64,000 bases of DNA from Acidimicrobiales bacterium (GTDB lineage: Bacteria; Actinomycetota; Acidimicrobiia; Acidimicrobiales; Aldehydirespiratoraceae): contig OZ244029.1 in NCBI GenBank assembly GCA_965214945.1, positions 2,444,868 through 2,508,867 on the forward strand. Reading direction: 5' to 3'. The notes under the pieces were generated by a model. It was not told the origin of the DNA and ran no database searches. It was given only the letters and a program-made list of their open reading frames with translations. Below, piece after piece: positions 58,481 through 64,000 of the stretch. The position numbers and the translations under genes were made by a program. Within the stretch, counting starts at the first letter, position 1. Each line of letters opens with the position of its first letter.

Positions 58481-59095
58481 ATGGATGTGGAGTTCTGGGT
58501 TGACCCGCTTTGACCGTGGTGCTGGGTGACGGCCCGTTGGGTCGTCGAAGAGGTGAAACCGACTCGAGGTCTGGACATAACTTGGCAGCCGATCAGCCTG
58601 ATGTTCAAGAACGACCCGGAGCCCGGCTCCGACTATCACACGGCGTCGTATTTCACCCACCGGCTGATGCGGGTGATGGAGTCAGCGCGGGTCGCTGAGG
58701 GCAACGACGCGGTGTTCGACTTGTACTGGGAGTTCGGACGCCGCATCCATCACGACAGAGACCGCGGCTTCGACCCGGCGGACGCGCTGGCCGCTGTCGG
58801 GATGGACACCGCCCATTCCGCCGCCTTCGGCGACGATTCCTGGGACGCGGAGATACGCACCCGGATGGACGCGGGACTGGCTCTGTGCGGCGACGATGTG
58901 GGCACGCCAATCATCGCAATCGATGACCGCAGCGGGGTGAAGCAGGCTTACTTTGGGCCTGTGATCACCCGAGTGCCGCCGCCTGAGGACTCCCTGGCCA
59001 TGTGGGACGCGCTGGTGACCATGATGAACATCGACGGCTTCTGGGAGCTCAAGCGCACCCGCACCGAGCGCCCCGAGTTCGGTTCTCGCCCTTGA
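58481..59095 (+). CDS. DsbA-fold thiol reductase of the Rv2466c (mycoredoxin-2)-like family, with an in-frame TGA at the first Cys of the CPWC motif (candidate UPWC selenoprotein, or nonsense pseudogene)
   Basis: The ATG at 58481 is preceded by GGAGGA (58467-58472, 8-nt spacer). Translation gives MDVEFWVDPL-TGA-PWCWVTARWVVEEVKP…, in frame with track ORF 58526..59095. It aligns with the Rv2466c N-terminus as I remember it (FWFDPLCPWCWITSRW). The C-terminal part, GTPIIAIDD…FGPVITRVP…WELKRTRTERPEF, also fits. Confidence 0.6.
58527..58547 (+). promoter_or_regulatory. Hairpin 14 nt downstream of the in-frame TGA (SECIS-like position)
   Basis: The stem is GACGGCC(C) / (G)GGUCGUC, 7-8 bp including one G-U pair, flanked by a possible U58527-G58547 wobble. 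The apical loop is (C)GUU(G) with G-U at +25/+26 from the U of UGA. It lies in GC-rich coding sequence, so it could be fortuitous. Confidence 0.3.
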
Positions 59096-59165
59096 ACAGA
59101 TCCCAGTGACAGGTCCAGTACAGATCTCAATGTTATGGGATAGCAGAAAAGATCTCCACCAATCA

Positions 59166-59316
59166 GGCGACAACCTCTATTTGCGACAACCCCCTATTCG
59201 CGAGGGATGATTCCCTCTATTCGCGAGGGGTCATTTGCGAATCATCCCCGCGGTGTTAAGGAAGAATCCCGCGGTATTAGGGAGAAGAGACTCGCGGTGT
59301 TAGGGAAGAGGGGTGA
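59166..59316. repeat. Decaying tandem-repeat array in the convergent spacer, derived from the stop-spanning 3' end of the dehydrogenase gene, plus an embedded 10-bp perfect inverted repeat
   Basis: The units are CGCGGTGTTAAGGAAGAATCC (59249-59269), CGCGGTATTAGGGAGAAGAGACT (59270-59292) and CGCGGTGTTAGGGAAGAGGGGTGA (59293-59316, which contains the real stop TTA at 59300-59302). Upstream are the units GCGACAACCTCTATTT / GCGACAACCCCCTATTC / GCGAGGGATGATTCCCTCTATTC / GCGAGGGGTCATTT / GCGAATCATCCCC. The inverted repeat is GGGATGATTC (59204-59213) / GAATCATCCC (59239-59248). Confidence 0.85.
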
Positions 59317-60262
59317 CGGTGTGCTCCACCGGGTCGCCTCGCAGGGCTGCGAGCACGTTGTGGGCCACATGCAGCGACACATCGCTCTGCGACTGGAAGG
59401 TGCTGGCCCCGAGATGCGGCGTGTGGACGACCAGCGGGTGGCCCACAAGCGGGTGGTCCGACGGCGGCGGCTCGTGCTCGTACACGTCGACGCCCATCCC
59501 CGCTAGGCGGCCGTTGTCGAGCGCTGCGCGGGCCGCGGCCGCGTCGATCAGCGCGCCGCGGGCGGCGTTCACGACGATGGCGTCGGGCCGCATGGCCGCG
59601 AACTCGGCCTCGCCCAGCAGCGGCGCGGCGCCGGGGCTCAGCGCTGCGTGAAGGCTGATCACGTCCGAAGCGGCGAGCAGTTCTTCAAGCGTCATCAGCT
59701 CGACGCCGCGGCTGCGAGCGACATCCTCTGTCACGAACGGGTCGGTCGCCACGACCGTCATCAAAAAAGCCTGGGCGCGTACTGCGACGGCCTGCCCGAT
59801 CCGCCCGAAGCCGACCAGCCCCAGCGTCCGCCCGTCAAGCCTGTGACCCACGAACTCGGTGCGCTCCCAGCGCCCAGCCGCCACCGAGACATGCGCTGCG
59901 GCCACCCGCCGCGAGGCAGCCAGCATCAGCGCGAAGGCGAGTTCTGCGGCTGCGGACGTGCTCGCCATGGGCGTGTTGGTCACCACGATGCCGCGACGGC
60001 CGGCTTCGGCCAAGTCGATGTTGTCGACGCCCACTCCGGCCCGACCGATCACCTTCAGGCGGGTCGCCGCCTTGATCAGCTCGACATCGGCCCGGGTGCC
60101 GCTGCGAACGATCAGCGCGTCGGCGTCGCGCACCGCCTCCAGCAGCTCGGCACGGCCCGCCTCATCCGCGAAGCGTAAGTCAATCCCCGGCTCGGCCTGT
60201 AGGCGCTTGACTCCTGCGGCTCCCAGCGGATCGGCTACCAGCACGCAACTGACTTGGGACAT
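59300..60262 (-). CDS. D-isomer-specific 2-hydroxyacid dehydrogenase (phosphoglycerate dehydrogenase-like)
   Basis: 320 aa. The NAD motif is LGLVGFGRIGQAV, and the catalytic region is …NAARGALID…HLGAST. Confidence 0.8.
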   Translation of the reverse strand: MSQVSCVLVADPLGAAGVKRLQAEPGIDLRFADEAGRAELLEAVRDADALIVRSGTRADVELIKAATRLKVIGRAGVGVDNIDLAEAGRRGIVVTNTPMASTSAAAELAFALMLAASRRVAAAHVSVAAGRWERTEFVGHRLDGRTLGLVGFGRIGQAVAVRAQAFLMTVVATDPFVTEDVARSRGVELMTLEELLAASDVISLHAALSPGAAPLLGEAEFAAMRPDAIVVNAARGALIDAAAARAALDNGRLAGMGVDVYEHEPPPSDHPLVGHPLVVHTPHLGASTFQSQSDVSLHVAHNVLAALRGDPVEHTVTPLP

Positions 60263-60318
60263 CAGACTGACCTCGGACTTCTGGCTTCGGGCTTGGGCTT
60301 GGTACTCGGGCCGCCGGG

Positions 60319-61566
60319 TTATTCAGGGATACCGAAGCGGCTCAGGCCATAGGCATCGATGGCGTTGCCCCGCAGCACCTTGTAGCACTCCTCGGCGTTC
60401 ATCCCGACAGCCGCGAACATCGAATGGGCCACCTTGCGAGAATGCGGGAAGGTGCCGTCGGAGTGCGGGTAGTCGGTCTCGAACAGTATCTGGCCCACAC
60501 CGATGTCGTGGCGCTGTTTGAGGCCTACGAGGTCGTCGAAGATGCAGCCGTAAACGCGGCCTCGCACGATCTCGCTAGGCAACGGCCCGGCACCGCCGAC
60601 ACCGCCCCGGCCCTCCTTGAACACCGAGTCCATGCGCTCCATCTGAAACGGCATCCATCCGACCTGGCTCTCAGCGTACGCGATCTTGATCTTGCCGAAG
60701 CGCTGCAGCGTGCCCGAGAACACCCAGTCCACCATCGAGCCCTCAGCGTTCTGGGCGTACAGCGACATCGACGTGGCCAGCGGCGCGTCCGGCGAGGTGG
60801 CAGGCATCGACGACGACGATCCGATGTGCATCGAAACGGTTGTGTCGGTCTCCTCGCAGGCCTGCCACACGATGTCCCACTCCCCGGTGTACATCGAGGG
60901 CAGCCCCAGCTTTGAAGGGTTCTCCGAGAAGGCCACGGCGTGGCTGCCCTTGGCCGCGCAGCGCCGCACCTCGGCCGCGGCCAGTTCCCGGTCCCACAGT
61001 GGCATCAGCGTCAGCGGGATGAGCCGGCCCCGGCCGGCGCCGCCGCCCCAGTCGTCGATCATCCAGTCGTTGTAGATGCGCAGGCATTCCAAGGCGAGCT
61101 GCTTGTCGTTGCGCTCGAGGAAGCCCTGCCCGCAGAACCGGGGGAAGATGTTGGGGTAGTTGATCGCCGCCTCCACATGGTTGAGGTCCATGTCGGCGAG
61201 GCGGGCGGTCTGGTCGTAGGTGCCGGGTCGAAGGTCCTCATAGCGGGCGGCGACGTTGCGCTGCTGCTCTCGAGGCACGCCAGCGGGGCCGTGCAGAAAT
61301 CCGGTGGGGGTAGCGCTGTCCTCGAAGAGCCACAGATCACACCATTGGCCGTCGGGATCGTCCCGGTGGAAGCCGTAGTGGCCTCCCTCGAAGTGCAGCC
61401 TCACCTTCTCCTGGACTACACGGGGGCCGCGGGCGCGCAGGCTGGGGGACAGCTGCTGTTGCCACAGGTCTTTGGGCTCCATTACGTGGTCGTCTACGGA
61501 GATGATCAGCGGCAACTCCTCCAGCGGAGGCGTCACGTCTAAGGCCGCCGCCTCGCGGTCAGGCAT
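60319..61566 (-). CDS. Amidohydrolase-2 (ACMSD-like) family metal-dependent hydrolase
   Basis: 415 aa. The motifs are IISVDDHVMEP near the N-terminus and ILFETDYPHSDGTFP near the C-terminus, typical of Amidohydro_2. Confidence 0.7.
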   Translation of the reverse strand: MPDREAAALDVTPPLEELPLIISVDDHVMEPKDLWQQQLSPSLRARGPRVVQEKVRLHFEGGHYGFHRDDPDGQWCDLWLFEDSATPTGFLHGPAGVPREQQRNVAARYEDLRPGTYDQTARLADMDLNHVEAAINYPNIFPRFCGQGFLERNDKQLALECLRIYNDWMIDDWGGGAGRGRLIPLTLMPLWDRELAAAEVRRCAAKGSHAVAFSENPSKLGLPSMYTGEWDIVWQACEETDTTVSMHIGSSSSMPATSPDAPLATSMSLYAQNAEGSMVDWVFSGTLQRFGKIKIAYAESQVGWMPFQMERMDSVFKEGRGGVGGAGPLPSEIVRGRVYGCIFDDLVGLKQRHDIGVGQILFETDYPHSDGTFPHSRKVAHSMFAAVGMNAEECYKVLRGNAIDAYGLSRFGIPE

Positions 61567-61969
61567 CGCCGGCGGAGGTCAGCGATCTCGGCAGGCAGTC
61601 CCGGATGATCTGCTCCGCCTTGTCGTCCCAGTTGGCCTCCGCGGTCTCGCCCTCGTCGTCGTCCAGGTCGCTCGGGTTGGGTGCGTCGCGCAGCGCCTTG
61701 TCTAGCTCTTTGAACTCCTCGAAGTCGATCGCGTCTCGCAGTCCGTTGAACGTGCAGACGCACACGGCCTCGACGGCTGCCGGATTGAGGCCGTCGCCGG
61801 TGAGCGACTCGTTGGCGAGCTGGCAGGCGTCCAGGAAGTTCTCGCGCACCGCACCGGTCTCGTCGGCTTCTCGCCAGGAAGCAGGATCGGCGCTGGTGCC
61901 GCAGCCGGCCGCCGTGATTACCAGCGCCAACACCGCGAGAGCTGATCCGGCTTTGCGGAATCCGTTCAT
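61559..61969 (-). CDS. Small lipoprotein of unknown function
   Basis: 136 aa. Signal peptide with lipobox ITAAGC. The mature part is acidic with four Cys residues. Confidence 0.6.
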   Translation of the reverse strand: MNGFRKAGSALAVLALVITAAGCGTSADPASWREADETGAVRENFLDACQLANESLTGDGLNPAAVEAVCVCTFNGLRDAIDFEEFKELDKALRDAPNPSDLDDDEGETAEANWDDKAEQIIRDCLPRSLTSAGDA

Positions 61970-61977
61970 CTCGGTAG

Positions 61978-62778
61978 TCAGGCTAGCGGCTCAGCCTCAG
62001 CGCCCAATTCACGTGTACGGGTGAGCACGGCGTCGAGCATGGGCTCGGTGAGACGGCCGGTGAAGGTGTTCTGCTGGCTCACGTGATAGCTGCTGACCAG
62101 CGTCCGGCCGCCTCGCAACGGCGCCTCGACGCCGTGGCCGAACTTCGGGCAGCGCCCGTCGGCCAGCATCCTCCACATCACCTGATGCGCGAAGCCGCCG
62201 AGTGCCAGCACCACCCGCACGCCTGCCAACGTTTCCAGCTCGCGCCGCAGGTATCCCACGCAGGCGTCGCGCTCAGCGGCGGTGGGCCGGTTGCCAGGCG
62301 GCGCGCACTTCACCGGCGCAGAGATCCAGGCGCCGTGCAACTCCAAGCCGTCGCCTCGGCGCACTGATGTGGGCTGGCTGGCATAGCCGGCTCGGTGCAG
62401 CGCGGCATAGAGCCAGTCACCGGAGCGGTCTCCTGTGAACATTCGACCCGTGCGGTTGGCGCCGTGAGCGGCCGGCGCTAGTCCCACTACCAGCAGGTGG
62501 GCGTCCGGGTCGCCGAAGCCGGGCACGCCTCGTGCCCAGTAGACGTCGTCGCGGTAGGCGGCGCGCTTTTGGCGCCCTACCCGCTCGCGCCATTCCACGA
62601 GACGAGGGCATACCCGGCACGATGCCACCTCAGCCGCTATCAGATCAAGCGAGCGGCGTTTCGGCCCGGACGCACCGCTGCGCCCGCGGCCGGAGAACTC
62701 CACAGCGTTTAGGCTACCTTGGCGCGAGTTTATGAACCCGAGGACCGCAGTGGGCTCCGCCGATCCCAAAGCCCCCAC
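61978..62778 (-). CDS. udgB: Uracil-DNA glycosylase family 5 (UdgB-like)
   Basis: CRVCPRLVEWRE and GDPDAHLLVVGLAPAAHGANRTGRMFTGD match the family 4/5 UDG motifs (GLAPA variant). The N-terminal 47 nt overlap the divergent neighbour, so one of the two starts is probably internal. Confidence 0.75.
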   Translation of the reverse strand: MGALGSAEPTAVLGFINSRQGSLNAVEFSGRGRSGASGPKRRSLDLIAAEVASCRVCPRLVEWRERVGRQKRAAYRDDVYWARGVPGFGDPDAHLLVVGLAPAAHGANRTGRMFTGDRSGDWLYAALHRAGYASQPTSVRRGDGLELHGAWISAPVKCAPPGNRPTAAERDACVGYLRRELETLAGVRVVLALGGFAHQVMWRMLADGRCPKFGHGVEAPLRGGRTLVSSYHVSQQNTFTGRLTEPMLDAVLTRTRELGAEAEPLA

Positions 62779-63484
62779 TCCCGACTACGGCCGTGCCGGT
62801 GGCGCCGTCCGCTCGGACTCGCAAGCGTCGCAGAGCACCGCCGTGCTGCTGGTGCGCCACGGCGAGACGCCCACGACGGGCTCCGTGCTTCCGGGGCGCA
62901 CACCTGGGCTTCACCTGGCGCCCGCCGGTGAAGCCCAGGCGCGGCGCGCTGCAGAGCGCATCTCAGCTCTGGGCAAGATCGCGGCGGTTTATTCCTCGCC
63001 GATGGAGCGCACCCTCGAGACAGCCAGTGTGATTGCTCGAGCCTGTCGTCTGCGTGTTCGCTGGTGCGCTGGGCTCACCGAATGCGACTTCGGCGAGTGG
63101 ACAGGCCGCGAGCTGAAGCACCTGCGCGAACGCGAAGAGTGGAAGGCAGTGCAGCGCAACCCCAGCGGGTTCCGATTCCCTGGGGGAGAGTCGTTCGCTG
63201 AGATGCAGGCCAGGGCCACCGGCGCGGTGGCCGACATCGTCCGCAGGCATCCGGGCGAGGCGGTGGTGGCCGTGTCGCACGCCGATGTGATCAAGTCGGT
63301 GGTGGCCGCGGCCGTTGGCACGCCGCTTGATCTGTTCCAGCGGATCATGGTGTCTTTGTGCTCGATCTCGGTGATCGCGTACCGACCGGAAGGGCCGGTC
63401 GTACTGGCGGTAAACACCGCAGGCGACGGTCTCGACGGTCTCCGCGGTCTTGACGGCCTTAGCAGAACGAAGGCTTCGTCGTGA
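62732..63484 (+). CDS. Histidine phosphatase family protein (MSMEG_4193-type putative phosphomutase)
   Basis: It has the VLLVRHGETPTTG RHG motif and the second His region AVSHADVIK. It is followed with a 4-nt overlap by a DUF3090 gene, the usual actinobacterial pairing. The start is uncertain. Confidence 0.7.
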   Translation: MNPRTAVGSADPKAPTPDYGRAGGAVRSDSQASQSTAVLLVRHGETPTTGSVLPGRTPGLHLAPAGEAQARRAAERISALGKIAAVYSSPMERTLETASVIARACRLRVRWCAGLTECDFGEWTGRELKHLREREEWKAVQRNPSGFRFPGGESFAEMQARATGAVADIVRRHPGEAVVAVSHADVIKSVVAAAVGTPLDLFQRIMVSLCSISVIAYRPEGPVVLAVNTAGDGLDGLRGLDGLSRTKASS

Positions 63485-63969
63485 GCGAGTCGTTCTACTT
63501 CGAGGCGGTGGAGCTGTTCACCGTTGGAACGCTCGGACCGAAAGGCCAGCGCGCCTTCTACCTGCAGTGTCGAGCCGATGACGTGCTGGTGTCGCTGAAG
63601 CTCGAGAAGCAGCAGGCGGCGGCGCTGGGCGAGCACCTCGACCAGATGCTGAACCAGCTTCCTTCGACCGATGCGGGACCGCCTCCCGATGATCTCGACC
63701 TGCGTGAGCCGGTCGTGGAGGCCTGGACGATCGGCTCCATGGGCATCGCATACGACCGAGAGGGCGACCGTGTGGTGGTGGTGGCCGAGGAGTTCGTGGA
63801 CGACCGGGACACCAATCCGGCGCATGCCCGGTTCATGCTGTCGCGCCCACAGGTGACGGCCCTGGTGGACAGGGTGCGCGCGGTCGTGGCGGCCGGCCGG
63901 CCGCCGTGCCCGTACTGCATGCGGCCGCTGGAGCCGGCCAACGGCGGCTGGTGCCCGTGCCACAACTGA
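63481..63969 (+). CDS. DUF3090 family protein
   Basis: 162 aa. The motifs are FTVGTLGPKGQRAFYLQ and a C-terminal GRPPCPYCMRPLEPANGGWCPCHN Cys cluster. Confidence 0.75.
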   Translation: MSESFYFEAVELFTVGTLGPKGQRAFYLQCRADDVLVSLKLEKQQAAALGEHLDQMLNQLPSTDAGPPPDDLDLREPVVEAWTIGSMGIAYDREGDRVVVVAEEFVDDRDTNPAHARFMLSRPQVTALVDRVRAVVAAGRPPCPYCMRPLEPANGGWCPCHN

Positions 63970-64000
63970 CTGCGGCGCCTGCCGTGATATCGAAGACCAC

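Noticed and set aside
58511-58513. Alternative genetic code (TGA as a sense codon genome-wide) as an explanation for the in-frame TGA.
   Set aside because: TGA is used as a genuine stop by many well-supported genes in this window (for example ccmE, ccmD, atpD, hom, ROK), so any recoding would have to be local.
59166-59316. Possible CRISPR array, considered because of the regularly spaced short repeats. The same question applies to 2851-2980.
   Set aside because: The units are contiguous or degenerate with no unique spacers of uniform length. There are only 3-4 copies and no cas genes nearby. The array is clearly derived from the adjacent gene end.

Overview
This is a 64-kb window of a high-G+C, actinobacterial-type chromosome. 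The assignment rests on gene content and synteny: pdtaS-DUF3107-mrp, argS-lysA-hom-thrC...rho, atpIBEFHAGDC, udgB and DUF3090. I call about 70 protein genes, one tRNA-Arg(CCG), and a set of non-coding repeats and palindromes.

Blocks, in order:
- (i) 1-6 kb: housekeeping genes.
- (ii) 6.2-13.4 kb: a complete System I cytochrome c maturation cluster in the order ccmB-C-D-E-A-F-G-H(I) on the minus strand. It includes a 56-codon ccmD that is missing from the supplied ORF track.
- (iii) 13.5-15.9 kb: a visibly lower-G+C module with an Abi_2-type abortive-infection protein, an uncharacterised winged-helix protein, and a 660-bp ORF-free structured gap.
- (iv) 16-22.3 kb: metabolic genes, including a LysR/ino1 divergon.
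- (v) 22.4-24.5 kb: a strikingly AT-rich island with a type II R-M pair whose endonuclease is split by a perfect 26-bp tandem duplication. It is followed by a mosaic of gene fragments: a copy of the ino1 3' end, a 57-bp atpD fragment and a frameshifted rpiB remnant.
- (vi) 25-32.6 kb: a ROK-regulated amino-sugar-like uptake and catabolism operon.
- (vii) 32.9-40.7 kb: the F1Fo ATP synthase operon.
- (viii) 40.8-48.6 kb: rpmE2, a C45 peptidase, potABCD, a FAD oxidase and a GNAT.
- (ix) 48.7-57 kb: rho, thrC, hom, a kinase-like remnant, lysA, argS and tRNA-Arg.
- (x) 57-64 kb: a FrhB-family Fe-S protein; an Rv2466c/DsbA-like reductase whose CPWC nucleophilic Cys codon is an in-frame TGA (selenoprotein candidate or fresh nonsense mutation); a dehydrogenase; an amidohydrolase; UdgB; a phosphomutase-like protein; DUF3090.

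A recurring oddity is short direct duplication of stop-codon-spanning gene ends.

Many long ORFs in the track are antisense or out-of-frame GC-shadow ORFs and were not called. All family assignments come from motif recognition by eye, not from database searches. G+C statements are visual estimates, not computed.
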